Of a DNA stretch of 64,000 nucleotides, positions 19,003 to 28,453 are shown piece after piece (position 1 is the stretch's first letter; each line of letters starts with the position of its first letter). Position numbers and translations under genes: made by a program. This stretch comes from a virus (lineage: Duplodnaviria > Caudoviricetes): positions 1 to 64,000 of the IMG/VR virus record IMGVR_UViG_3300002220_006617. One strand, written 5' to 3'. The notes beneath the pieces were generated by a model. The model did not search any database, was not told where the DNA came from, and saw nothing but the letters and a program-made list of their open reading frames with translations.

Positions 19003-19218
19003 TACCCCAACCGGAGCAATCTCCCAAGGGGCCCGTAGCGCTATTCCCGAAGGGAACAACATTTGTAAATCAGGTCGCAAAGCCTGGACTCAGGCGGGAG
19101 AAAACAGTTATCCACAAGGTTAACACCCTTCACGTTTGGATTACTTCAAAAAAACAGTGCTATGCGTAACCGGTTAGTGGCGAGTTCCCGGTCAGAGAAA
19201 AAACTTTGCCATTATAGA

Positions 19219-19312
19219 GGGGCCGTAACATAGCGGTCAAATGTACAGGTGGCAACTTCCTGTTCAGATGTGCGCCAACATCCTGACGCAGGTTCGAATC
19301 CTGCCGGCCCCA
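19219..19312 (+). tRNA. tRNA-Leu(CAA)-like with non-canonical G32G33 loop
   Basis: GGGGCCG/CGGCCCC, long variable arm, A73; loop GG-CAA-CT. Confidence 0.7.
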
Positions 19313-19414
19313 TAAGGTCTGACATGCGGAAGATCGTCTTGCCCCGAGGGCAGGGTGCGCTCAGATCTTAACGTGGAGTAATCCAGAAGCATGGCATGGA
19401 TGTAACTCTCAGGT

Positions 19415-19544
19415 GGATGCTGCGGAGCTGATCACTCCGGAGTCGGTTTATGTGTGCCCCAGGTTATAACCTGGTTGTCATCGGGGGCTCTGATGGGGTC
19501 GAGGCTTATCCCGCCCATCGGACCGTTCAATTCGGCACCATCCA
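19415..19544 (+). ncRNA. degenerate tRNA-like structure
   Basis: GGATG/CATCC ends, GGAG/CTCC D-like arm, GAGTC/GGCTC stem, CCG-TTCAATT-CGG T-like loop. Confidence 0.35.
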
Positions 19545-19640
19545 ATTTCTCTATGAACTGGCCAGATGTAGAGACTACTAGGCAAGATAACTGCAGGAAT
19601 AAATCCAGTTCAATCAAATACTGCCAAAATTGCCAATCAG

Positions 19641-19714
19641 GGGTCGGTAGCTCAGCTAGGCAGAGCGTCGGACTTTTAATCCGAAGTGCGAGGGTTCGAT
19701 TCCCTCCCGGCCCG
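19641..19714 (+). tRNA. tRNA-Lys(TTT)
   Basis: canonical cloverleaf, TCGGA-CTTTTAA-TCCGA. Confidence 0.95.
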
Positions 19715-19849
19715 TTCGCTAGTACCTGACCTCATGCAGGGAACGCGACATTGGTTCGTAACCTCCCAATGAAAGTTCCCGAATCAGATCGGTCGTCCGG
19801 TTAAACGGGTGAATGCTAAACACGGACCGACGTTTCGGGAACCAATATT

Positions 19850-19933
19850 GCTGCTGTAGCCAAGCCCGGCATGGCGACAGGCTGCTATCCTGTTCGTGGT
19901 AACACATCGCGGGTTCAAATCCTGCCAGCAGCG
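19850..19933 (+). tRNA. tRNA-Ser(GCT)
   Basis: GCTGCTG/CAGCAGC, ACAGG-CTGCTAT-CCTGT, variable arm, G73. Confidence 0.93.
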
Positions 19934-19948
19934 TCAGAAGGAACAATC

Positions 19949-20299
19949 ATGGACGAAAAAGAACTCAATAAAAACCTCGAGGTCCTCGACCGGTTCTGTG
20001 CATTTACCATCAGTACTCACGCAGAACATAAATCAGAATACTTTGTAGGAATTCGGGCAGGCGTCAAGATCCTCAAAGTGCGACTCGACGAAGTGTTCAA
20101 AAGACGTCACCAGTTCGAAGGGTATTCGCTCGATTCCGCAATCACTGTTGAAGAAATCAACCGGGGAAAAACCCTTGACGCATTAACCAATGAGATCAGC
20201 CAGTTGACGTTATGGGAATACACCCGCGACTGCAAGAATTTCAAAGATTTCAAACACCAGATTTCGCTGCTCAAACAAATGACGAGAAAAGAACCATGA
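19949..20299 (+). CDS. hypothetical protein
   Basis: first ATG after tRNA-Ser; coupled to rtcB. Confidence 0.6.
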   Translation: MDEKELNKNLEVLDRFCAFTISTHAEHKSEYFVGIRAGVKILKVRLDEVFKRRHQFEGYSLDSAITVEEINRGKTLDALTNEISQLTLWEYTRDCKNFKDFKHQISLLKQMTRKEP

Positions 20300-21510
20300 T
20301 AGAACTGAAAGGACGTTTCGGCAACGCACAAGTCATGATTGATACTGTCGAAGAAGACTGTATCAGCCAGATTCAGGGATTCCTGAACCATCCATTGTAC
20401 TGCAACCCCGTCAGAATCATGCCAGATACCCACGGCGGAAAAGGCAGTGTGATCGGGTTCACTATGAAACTCACTCACGGCGTATGTGCCAACGTGATCG
20501 GGGTGGACATCGGCTGCGGCGTAAACTGCTGGCAGATCGTTGACGGCCAAACCCTCTCATTCCCGGACATCGACACTGCTATAAGACGCCGGGTACCTCT
20601 CGGGATGACCACCCACTCAAAACCCATTGCAACCATCGCAGACGACTATGATTTTGGCAAAGCCCAAAAAAACGCCAGCAACTTCATCAATGCCATCAAC
20701 AAACGGTCCCGCGATTACGATACAAAATATCCAATACCGACCATAGATTACGAATGGTTCCTCAACCTCTGCAAAACTGCAAACGTCAACGAAGATCAGG
20801 TAAATGCCTCCCTGGGAACGCTTGGAGGGGGCAATCACTATGTTGAGATCGGCGTCGGCAAAGATACTAACCAACAGGTCCACCATTACCTGACTGTCCA
20901 CAGCGGTTCAAGAAACTTCGGAAAACGAGTGGCTGATTATTACCAGAAACTTGCTCAGGGCCTCACGTATAACCGCGGGTTCGACCGGGATCTCGCATAC
21001 CTGATTGACCAAAACGCCATGGACTATTACATGGCCATGATCTTTGTCCAGGAATTTGCATCCATGAACCGGGCCGTTATCGGTGAACTCATCAGAATAG
21101 CCGGCGACCTTGAACTTGGAGATTGTATTGAGTCAATACACAATTACATTGACTTCCGTGACATGATCATCCGGAAAGGTGCCATCAGTTCCTATGTCGG
21201 CGAGAAGATGGTCATCCCGTTCAATATGAAAGATGGCATGTGGATCTGTGAAGGAAAAAGCAATCCCGGCTGGAACTTCTCAGCACCACACGGGGCTGGC
21301 CGGATCATGTCCAGGACCCAGGCCAAGAAAACCATTGTCCTTGAGGATTTCCAGAAGGAGATGGAAGGCATCTTCAGCACCAGCGTAGGCCCGCAGACCC
21401 TGGATGAAGCCCCGGGGACATACAAACCGGCAGAACTCATCCAACAGGCCATTGGACCTACAGCCACCATCCTCACCAAAGTCAGGCCGGTTTATAATCT
21501 CAAAGCATAA
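20296..21510 (+). CDS. rtcB: RtcB RNA ligase
   Basis: MPDTH, GVDIGCG, GTLGGGNHYVE, HSGSR, HNY, PHGAGR, DEAPGTYK. Confidence 0.97.
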   Translation: MIELKGRFGNAQVMIDTVEEDCISQIQGFLNHPLYCNPVRIMPDTHGGKGSVIGFTMKLTHGVCANVIGVDIGCGVNCWQIVDGQTLSFPDIDTAIRRRVPLGMTTHSKPIATIADDYDFGKAQKNASNFINAINKRSRDYDTKYPIPTIDYEWFLNLCKTANVNEDQVNASLGTLGGGNHYVEIGVGKDTNQQVHHYLTVHSGSRNFGKRVADYYQKLAQGLTYNRGFDRDLAYLIDQNAMDYYMAMIFVQEFASMNRAVIGELIRIAGDLELGDCIESIHNYIDFRDMIIRKGAISSYVGEKMVIPFNMKDGMWICEGKSNPGWNFSAPHGAGRIMSRTQAKKTIVLEDFQKEMEGIFSTSVGPQTLDEAPGTYKPAELIQQAIGPTATILTKVRPVYNLKA

Positions 21511-21599
21511 CCCTTTTTTCCAGAATCACCGGCATGTCCAGAATTGCAGGTGCAACTCCTGCCGTGCCAATCCGGGTGTTTTACCCGAGGAACTTACTC

Positions 21600-22181
21600 A
21601 TGAATCGCACAGAACTCTGTACTACCACAACCCCGTTTACCAACTACGTTGTCAACCTGCTTGGCGGTCCCGGTGCCGGAAAGTCCACAAACGCACTTCT
21701 CCTCACCGGCAAACTGAAAAAAGCAGGTTATAACGCAGAATATACCGGGGAATATGCCAAAGACTGCGTCTGGAGAAAAGCAGAAAACATCCTCGAAGAC
21801 CAAATCTACATCTTCGGCAAACAAAACAATCGCCAGTTCCGGCTGAAAAACCAGGTCCAGTTCACCATCACCGACTCACCTCTGATTCTCAACCTTCATT
21901 ACGGAAACCATCTCGGCCCCACGTTCAAGAAACTGGCTCTTGAAACGTTCAACAGCTACAACAACATCAATTTCTTCATCGAACGTACCAAAGTCTACAA
22001 CCCGGTCGGCCGCATGCAGACCGCCCAAGAATCTGATACCATCGCCAATGAAGTCATCGAACTCCTCCTCAAAAACCAGGTCCCGTTCACCCGTATCAAC
22101 TCGGATTGGGATCTCGATGATCTTGTAGACCTGGTCCTCAAAGCCACAAAAACCACGATAAATCCCTTAATTGTCTGTTAA
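21600..22181 (+). CDS. P-loop nucleotide kinase (NadR/AAA_28-like)
   Basis: GGPGAGKST, ITDSPL, YNPVGR. Confidence 0.85.
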   Translation: MNRTELCTTTTPFTNYVVNLLGGPGAGKSTNALLLTGKLKKAGYNAEYTGEYAKDCVWRKAENILEDQIYIFGKQNNRQFRLKNQVQFTITDSPLILNLHYGNHLGPTFKKLALETFNSYNNINFFIERTKVYNPVGRMQTAQESDTIANEVIELLLKNQVPFTRINSDWDLDDLVDLVLKATKTTINPLIVC

Positions 22182-22228
22182 AGGGCAATAAGACCCTTTA
22201 ATACTAAGCATCAACAATCTTCTAATCA

Positions 22229-22247
22229 ATCAGCAACAATCACAGGC
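22229..22247 (+). repeat. conserved leader motif ATCAGCAACAATCACAGGC copy 1
   Basis: identical 19-mer at 39270; 15-mer core at 39688; each 7-10 nt before an ATG. Confidence 0.7.
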
Positions 22248-22255
22248 AACACACT

Positions 22256-22513
22256 ATGACAAACATTGAATACCGACTAAGCGGCCTCCTGATAGGTAAT
22301 GAAGATTGTCCACAATTCAATCCGGGCATTACTGACTCAACCGGCCGAATCCCCTGCACGTATATTGAACACGGATGTTCTCGGCACACGCAGGTACGGT
22401 CCAAACTCCACCTGGCCCAAGACAACAAAGACGTGAAATGCTATGCTTTCCCCTCGAAGACCAATGTCTTCATGACCGGGAACCAGTTCAAGCAGGACCA
22501 TGTCTCCGATTAA
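22256..22513 (+). CDS. Cys-rich hypothetical protein
   Basis: ORF after leader motif. Confidence 0.55.
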   Translation: MTNIEYRLSGLLIGNEDCPQFNPGITDSTGRIPCTYIEHGCSRHTQVRSKLHLAQDNKDVKCYAFPSKTNVFMTGNQFKQDHVSD

Positions 22514-22832
22514 AGGATCAAAAGACGAAGACGTAGTTACTGAAATCGTCGCTGAATTCCTTTGCAACCACCCTGGAAAAGTATTCATCAACACCAAATC
22601 AGTATACAACGAATGTAAAGACGTTTTCATTGCACTTGCCCCGGAGTTCTGGAAATACACTCCCAAGTACAAGAAAACCATGATCTCCAAAACCCTGAGC
22701 AAACTGGGAAGTAAACAATCAGCCAACCATCTGGCACCCTATCATATAAACCGGGTCGCCGTCAACCAAACCGTAATCAACCTCAAAAAGTCACATACGG
22801 TTATGCCCCTCGGCTGCAAGTCCATTTCATGA
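22500..22832 (+). CDS. hypothetical protein (wHTH-like)
   Basis: ORF; weak similarity to 29225-29512. Confidence 0.55.
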   Translation: MSPIKGSKDEDVVTEIVAEFLCNHPGKVFINTKSVYNECKDVFIALAPEFWKYTPKYKKTMISKTLSKLGSKQSANHLAPYHINRVAVNQTVINLKKSHTVMPLGCKSIS

Positions 22833-23029
22833 CCGTGGACCCCAAAACTACCGAAACCATTTACGTCAACCTTGCAATGACCGTTGCCGTTGAGATAGAG
22901 TCGGGAACCCCCAAACGAACTATCAAAAAACGAGCCGTTGACATTGCCAACGATGTTGCGAAAAAGGATGAAAAATTCTTTTTTACCCAGAAAAACATCA
23001 CCGAAATCAACCCCGAAAAAAGGTATTGA
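22829..23029 (+). CDS. hypothetical protein
   Basis: ATGA coupling. Confidence 0.55.
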   Translation: MTVDPKTTETIYVNLAMTVAVEIESGTPKRTIKKRAVDIANDVAKKDEKFFFTQKNITEINPEKRY

Positions 23030-23060
23030 GTCAATTAAAAAGACTCAATAAAGAATCATC

Positions 23061-23273
23061 ATGACTATTGACCCTTTCGATATGGCCTCAGAAGTAGACC
23101 CAAAAACATGGTACGTCACGCCACCCCCACCACCGGACGAAATCCCGGAAGACGTTATCTGGCCGGTAGGGTACCGCAAGATCATGATGCAATTAAAAGC
23201 AAAAAAAGCCGAACAAGAACGTCTCGCACAACTATCCGTTATCACAACATCCGAAAAACAACAGGTTTTCTAA
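23061..23273 (+). CDS. hypothetical protein
   Basis: abuts methyltransferase start. Confidence 0.5.
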   Translation: MTIDPFDMASEVDPKTWYVTPPPPPDEIPEDVIWPVGYRKIMMQLKAKKAEQERLAQLSVITTSEKQQVF

Positions 23274-24212
23274 ATGGAACGAGAACGAGTCTTTGAACTC
23301 TTTTGCGGAGCCGGAGGTATGTCCACAGGGTTCACCCCCTACTTTGACATAACCTACGCAGTCGATATCAACGAATCTGCAGTCCGGACGTACCAGAGTA
23401 ACCATTACAATACAGAGGTCCGGAGACAGGATGTACGTACCATATCGGGAGCCCGCGGGGATTTCGAAGGGATTACCGGCATTATCGGAGGACCTCCCTG
23501 CCAGTGTTTTTCACGAAGAAATATCAAGAAAAAAGCAGACGATCCCCGCATCCACCTTATGCAGGAATACATGCGACTGGTTGATGAAATCCAACCCCGG
23601 TTCTTTGTACTCGAGAATGTCCCCTATACGCCAAAAGAACAAAAAAACGCTATCATTGCACTGGGTAAACAGGCTGGTTATACCGTCATCTCAAAACACC
23701 TGAACGCTGCCGAATACGGATCATCCCAGACCAGACGCAGATGGGTTGTTATCGGCACCAAAGACAAACCATGGATCCAAATCATGCAGCGACCGGCTAA
23801 AACAGTCCGTCAGGCATTCCAGGACCTCACCGAAAACTGGGGCGTCATGCAATCATCAAAAGAAACTCTCGAGAAAACAGCCCTGGCAAAACCCAATGAA
23901 TGGACGGCACTTTCCGGTGGCACTTACAAAAACCTCATCAAATTACAGTGGGACCTGCCCAGCCCTGCAGTAGCCAACATGAAAAAGGTGTATATGATCC
24001 ATCCCGGATTAAACCGGAACATTTCACTGGCAGAAGCTGCTGCATTACAAGGATTCTCACCGGATTATATCTGGAAAGGGCCGGACATGGCAATAGCCCA
24101 GATGATAGCCAACGCCATGCCGTCGGAACTTGCAGATTGCATTGCAGCCTCCTTAATCGACCGGCACGACCCTCAGATGAAACTCATCACATCAGCTGCA
24201 TTATGCACCTGA
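23274..24212 (+). CDS. dcm: DNA cytosine-5 methyltransferase
   Basis: LFCGAGG, GGPPCQ, ENV, QTRRR, EAAALQGF. Confidence 0.95.
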   Translation: MERERVFELFCGAGGMSTGFTPYFDITYAVDINESAVRTYQSNHYNTEVRRQDVRTISGARGDFEGITGIIGGPPCQCFSRRNIKKKADDPRIHLMQEYMRLVDEIQPRFFVLENVPYTPKEQKNAIIALGKQAGYTVISKHLNAAEYGSSQTRRRWVVIGTKDKPWIQIMQRPAKTVRQAFQDLTENWGVMQSSKETLEKTALAKPNEWTALSGGTYKNLIKLQWDLPSPAVANMKKVYMIHPGLNRNISLAEAAALQGFSPDYIWKGPDMAIAQMIANAMPSELADCIAASLIDRHDPQMKLITSAALCT

Positions 24213-24213
24213 T

Positions 24214-24274
24214 TCGACTTTTTCGAGGTAACCCCTCCGCTTGATAGCGAAGGGGATACTCTCTCATAAGTCGA
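24214..24274 (+). repeat. conserved hairpin element copy 5
   Basis: TCGACTT..GAGGTAACCCCTCCGCT-TGAT-AGCGAAGGGGATACTCTC..AAGTCGA. Confidence 0.88.
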
Positions 24275-24510
24275 TACCCTTTTATTCGTATACCGTCTAT
24301 AATTATTTACGAAAATGGTATTCAGCACACCAGGTTCGTAAAATCACAGACAGAACAGTTCGTGAGTTCAAATACTGATTAGTCCACACTATACTCAGTG
24401 TTTTTACAATGATCGACCGGTATCATCCGCCTCCTGATGAACCGTGCATCACCCCCAGAACGGTGACGAACCCTCTCCCGTCACCCATTTTCCCGTAAGG
24501 ATGATCAACA

Positions 24511-25101
24511 ATGCCAAATCTACTCACTGACGCTCAGATAGCAGACATTATCATTCAACTCGATAACCACGTTGACCTTGCAAAGATCGCAAAGGAAATC
24601 GGCATTGCCAAGTGGATGATCAAAAATGAACTTGAAGAACGGGATTTCAGCTCTCATCTACAGCAAAAAAAACACAAATCCAGTCCGATAAAGATCACCG
24701 ACGATATAATCGAAGAGATGATCGCCATTGAAAACAACGGCGGCTCGGATATGGAATTCCTCGAATACATGAAAGTCCGGTACGCGGGCGCTCATCGACC
24801 ATCCTCCTCACAAATCCTGAAAGTATGGGGAAACCGTGGCCGGGTATTCAAATCGTATTATCTCCGAAAACAAGAAGAATCTGCTACGCCAACACCAGTT
24901 CCCAACACCCTATCCCTTGAACCATCAGGTATCTCCCCATCATCTGAAAACACAGACCTTCTGAAAGGAATCCTGGCAGAACTCAAATACATCACCGCAA
25001 CCATCAAAGCAAATACCGGAAATCAACTGCCAGAACCCCGTCGGATGCCTTCTGTAATGAAAGTCGGCACTCGCATCAAAACAGAGCCCATCTCCCCATG
25101 A
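24511..25101 (+). CDS. HTH-containing protein
   Basis: LAKIAKEIGI HTH. Confidence 0.65.
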   Translation: MPNLLTDAQIADIIIQLDNHVDLAKIAKEIGIAKWMIKNELEERDFSSHLQQKKHKSSPIKITDDIIEEMIAIENNGGSDMEFLEYMKVRYAGAHRPSSSQILKVWGNRGRVFKSYYLRKQEESATPTPVPNTLSLEPSGISPSSENTDLLKGILAELKYITATIKANTGNQLPEPRRMPSVMKVGTRIKTEPISP

Positions 25102-25460
25102 TCGACAAATCCATCTACCCCGAATATTATGCCTGTTACCCGGAAGTAGACGTGCTTCCCTGCAAACCGGCCCAAATCCAGAATCCCGACAACCTCAGTG
25201 CCTACCTTATCCGCACAACCAACCTTGCCACCAACATCATATACATCCCGAAAATGGAATCGTCTGATGACATAACCCAGTCACTGGCTGCAGCATGTTC
25301 TGATCTCTGGAAAAACGGAATTGACCTCATCACATTCCAGAACCTCATTGATCAAAGAAACTACACGTCAGCTGCCCAGCATTTCAAACAACAGATGGAC
25401 ATTACCACCGCTCACCGGATGTTACTGGCCATCAAGAACAAGGCGAAGTCGGGTTCATAA
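25098..25460 (+). CDS. hypothetical protein
   Basis: ATGA coupling. Confidence 0.6.
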   Translation: MIDKSIYPEYYACYPEVDVLPCKPAQIQNPDNLSAYLIRTTNLATNIIYIPKMESSDDITQSLAAACSDLWKNGIDLITFQNLIDQRNYTSAAQHFKQQMDITTAHRMLLAIKNKAKSGS

Positions 25461-25595
25461 CCCGGCCCGTCAGTTAGCTGGGGACGCTCGAAACCGTCTC
25501 GAATATCTAATCATTCTTACTAAAAAATGTGTAAAATGAATGGAATTCGCAGAATTTTCACAAACCCCCGGGAATAGGGGTCATCCAGCACATTT

Positions 25596-25659
25596 AGCCC
25601 CGTAGTGTAGCGGTCAATCATGCCGGTCTGCGACACCAGTTCGAATCTGGGCGGGACTA
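25596..25659 (+). pseudogene. tRNA-Gln-derived sequence lacking anticodon and 3' anticodon stem
   Basis: AGCCCCGTAGTGTAGCGGTCAATCATG archaeal Gln-type 5' half; CCAG-TTCGAAT-CTGG; ~9 nt missing. Confidence 0.75.
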
Positions 25660-25685
25660 CTCAAAAACAGCAACGAAGTGATCCT

Positions 25686-26195
25686 ATGAGAACAAGAATT
25701 GAACAAGACGCAATACCTGACGACGTTCCCCCGGTAAAGATGATCCGGATTGACCAGAACCAGGTTATAAAATTCGGGGATATCCTCCACCAGCTCATAA
25801 CTGCTGACACCCCCGAAACCCGTGACGCACTTATCCGGGAAGGAATGGCACGGGTAGAACTGATCAACAACCTGCAAATCATGCAGGAAGATGAAGACCG
25901 GATCAATGCCGCAAACGGCCAGCAGTTACTGATGCCCCGGGCACCGGACGAAATTATCCCGATCTTAATGCCGTCATCCACAGACCCGCTGGCCAACATC
26001 ACTCCGCCAACCAAAGTCACGCTCGGCTGCACCGTCAATCTCGGGAACTACGAGAACATCAAACTCGACGTTGAAGCCAAAAACGTAGAATCCTGCATTT
26101 TCGGTATGTCGTATTCCCTGGCAAAACTCGGGAAAGGCAACGAAGTCACAAAAGATATCGTTGATCACTACATCGGCCGGGTCCTGAAATCATGA
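25686..26195 (+). CDS. hypothetical protein
   Basis: TVNLGNYENIKLDV motif typical of phage proteins. Confidence 0.7.
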   Translation: MRTRIEQDAIPDDVPPVKMIRIDQNQVIKFGDILHQLITADTPETRDALIREGMARVELINNLQIMQEDEDRINAANGQQLLMPRAPDEIIPILMPSSTDPLANITPPTKVTLGCTVNLGNYENIKLDVEAKNVESCIFGMSYSLAKLGKGNEVTKDIVDHYIGRVLKS

Positions 26196-26797
26196 CTGAC
26201 CTGGTATTCAACCCGCGGGGTCTTGGCAAATATCGGGTGTTAAGGCTTATGGAAGCTTACAACCTGGCTGCCCGGGCCCACGAAGGCCAGACGCGAAAGG
26301 ACGGAACAACCCCGTACATTTACCACCCGTCCCGGGTGGCCAACTCGGTCATTGCATACGGGGGAACTGAACCGGAAGTCATTGCAGCACTCTGGCACGA
26401 CATTGCTGAAGACTGTGGTAACGAATGGTATCCCAAAATGCAGAAATGTCTCGATCGCCTGGCCTATTCCGTCTATACCACATGGCGTATCATCGACATG
26501 GTAAAGTCCCTCACCAAAAACCCGAACCTCAAGAACCGAGCTGAAAAGAATAAAGACGCTCTTGAACGCTGCATGATGGCTGGCACGGAACGCATCAAAC
26601 TCTGCGATCGGCTGGATAATGTCCGGGACTCTGCATGTATGACCAATGCATTCATTAAGGTCTACTTCGAAGAAACTGACGATATGCTCGAGACGTTCCT
26701 CTGTTCCGGAAGATCCTTGGACTCTACAGATTCCGACGCTTACGCGATGCTCACACTTGTCCTCGAACAAACCAGAAAAAGCCGGGGGATCTCATGA
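26192..26797 (+). CDS. HD-domain hydrolase (SpoT/Mesh1-like)
   Basis: AHEGQTRKDG.PYIYHP, LWHDIAED, IKLCDRLDN. Confidence 0.92.
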   Translation: MTDLVFNPRGLGKYRVLRLMEAYNLAARAHEGQTRKDGTTPYIYHPSRVANSVIAYGGTEPEVIAALWHDIAEDCGNEWYPKMQKCLDRLAYSVYTTWRIIDMVKSLTKNPNLKNRAEKNKDALERCMMAGTERIKLCDRLDNVRDSACMTNAFIKVYFEETDDMLETFLCSGRSLDSTDSDAYAMLTLVLEQTRKSRGIS

Positions 26798-27033
26798 CCG
26801 CCGGCAACACCCCGGTATTTGCATTCCGGTTTACCCTCCAGCCCGGAGTATCCCCCGGAATGTATCTCAATAAACCGGTAATGATGACAATTGCCAACAA
26901 AAATGTTCAGGTCGGTAAGATCATCGGGGCTCAACTCAGTAGAGATAAGAAAACCATCATCACAAAAATCGAATCAATAGATCCGAAATACAACGAACTT
27001 CTCGCGTATCTCGTATCACCTTCAAAGAAGTGA
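26794..27033 (+). CDS. hypothetical protein
   Basis: ATGA coupling. Confidence 0.55.
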   Translation: MTAGNTPVFAFRFTLQPGVSPGMYLNKPVMMTIANKNVQVGKIIGAQLSRDKKTIITKIESIDPKYNELLAYLVSPSKK

Positions 27034-27036
27034 CGG

Positions 27037-27228
27037 ATGAAACACAAGACAATTACCGTATATCTCCTCATTCAAGGCAGTCCGTTAATTGTAAATTTCA
27101 TCTTTAATCTCAATTTACCTACCCTGATTCTCTGGGCCCCCACAGCATTCACTATCATTGTGATCTTACTCACAACCAGCTGGTTCATCGTAATATCAGC
27201 AATCAATTACATCCTGACTAGAAAATGA
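27037..27228 (+). CDS. small membrane protein
   Basis: hydrophobic, 2 TM. Confidence 0.5.
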   Translation: MKHKTITVYLLIQGSPLIVNFIFNLNLPTLILWAPTAFTIIVILLTTSWFIVISAINYILTRK

Positions 27229-27416
27229 CGCTTATTTCACAACTTTACAATTTCATATACCGGAAGAAATTACCGGCAGGAATGTTTGTTCAGATCACCA
27301 TGGTCGCCGATAACGGCCGTCCTTACTCCATCAAAACATTCCATGTAATGGATAACGAACAGATCACCATCACCCACAACAACCACGAGATCAGACTTAA
27401 TTTCAGTAGGGCGTAA
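27225..27416 (+). CDS. hypothetical protein
   Basis: ATGA coupling. Confidence 0.5.
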   Translation: MTLISQLYNFIYRKKLPAGMFVQITMVADNGRPYSIKTFHVMDNEQITITHNNHEIRLNFSRA

Positions 27417-27418
27417 CC

Positions 27419-27733
27419 ATGGTAAAACTCAATCAAGAGATCCACACCAAAACCACCGGCATCTGTGACATGTGCCACTTAGAAAAGAAAGAACTGATAA
27501 CATTCAGCCTGGACTCCGTCGAACTTCCTCCCCTGACCCCAATTGACCCGGTCTATGTCAGCACTGTCCACCTGGAGATCGTATTCTGCAAAGACTGTCT
27601 GGTAGACGCCCTTGCCCGGTTCAACACGGTCAAAGAAAAAAACACGGTCCGTGCAACCATCAAATCCAGCACCCCGCCAGTCACCCTCAAAAAATCCCTG
27701 AATCCAAAATCAATTTCAAAGAAAAAGAAGTGA
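27419..27733 (+). CDS. Zn-finger protein
   Basis: CDMC...CKDC. Confidence 0.6.
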   Translation: MVKLNQEIHTKTTGICDMCHLEKKELITFSLDSVELPPLTPIDPVYVSTVHLEIVFCKDCLVDALARFNTVKEKNTVRATIKSSTPPVTLKKSLNPKSISKKKK

Positions 27734-27739
27734 ATCATC

Positions 27740-28141
27740 ATGCAGCAACAGACCATTGAAATCAACAGCCATGAAAATATCGTTCTCATATCCCCGGGAT
27801 CCGATGTCATCAATCCCCTCGAAGAGATCGCCAAGAAACAGATCCAACTCAAAATCCTCGAGAAACAGGTCAAGGCCCTGAAAGAAGATATCGACCTGAG
27901 TATCACCAACGTTGTGTTCAGAAACACCATGGACCAGGGCGACTACTTTGTCCAGACCGAAGAAAAACTCGGTGCCAAAACCATCGACGCCGTACAGTTC
28001 GCCCAACGATTTCCCGAGAAATTCTGGGAACTGGCCAACGTCCCGATCGGAAAAGCCAACAAGGCCGTGGGTGAAGATTCCTACACAGACCTCGTTACTT
28101 TCGAGAAATCCAAAACCATCTATACCATCAAACACAAATAA
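27740..28141 (+). CDS. hypothetical coiled-coil protein
   Basis: ORF, typical codon usage. Confidence 0.65.
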   Translation: MQQQTIEINSHENIVLISPGSDVINPLEEIAKKQIQLKILEKQVKALKEDIDLSITNVVFRNTMDQGDYFVQTEEKLGAKTIDAVQFAQRFPEKFWELANVPIGKANKAVGEDSYTDLVTFEKSKTIYTIKHK

Positions 28142-28198
28142 CCCAACGAAGCCAGCAACTTCGGAGTCAATCTTATTGACTCAATAAGGAATCACAGA

Positions 28199-28453
28199 AT
28201 GACAGCAGAATTATTCGACGCCTATTGCCGCTCAGAGATCAGCAACCTTCTCAGCACACACGGCCGCATGACCATTGACGAACTAGATGCCCGACTCCCC
28301 AAGATCAAGAAAATCACGCTTTACAAAAAAATGAACAATTACGCTGACCGCGGGCTGGTCCTGAAACTCCCAGCTACCTGCAACGGGTATCCCGGCCATG
28401 CATTTATTTTAGCGGGGGTGCCGGAACATGGACAAGTTCTATTACACGTTTGA
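28199..28453 (+). CDS. winged-helix protein
   Basis: GRMTIDEL...RGLV. Confidence 0.6.
   Translation: MTAELFDAYCRSEISNLLSTHGRMTIDELDARLPKIKKITLYKKMNNYADRGLVLKLPATCNGYPGHAFILAGVPEHGQVLLHV

Noticed and set aside
17958-19640. RNase P RNA, SRP RNA or group I intron identity for the large RNAs
   Set aside because: I could not find GAGGAAAGTCC, the SRP helix-8 motif or group I core elements by eye.
17883-19946. ORF-track proteins across the tRNA locus
   Set aside because: They overlap tRNAs or stems and lack the genome's codon bias and any motif.
24430-24490. Hammerhead ribozyme (CTGATGA plus ACCGT/ACGGT stem)
   Set aside because: No GAAA after stem II and no stem III/UH; the similar CTGATGAACCGT near 30277 lies in a short ORF.
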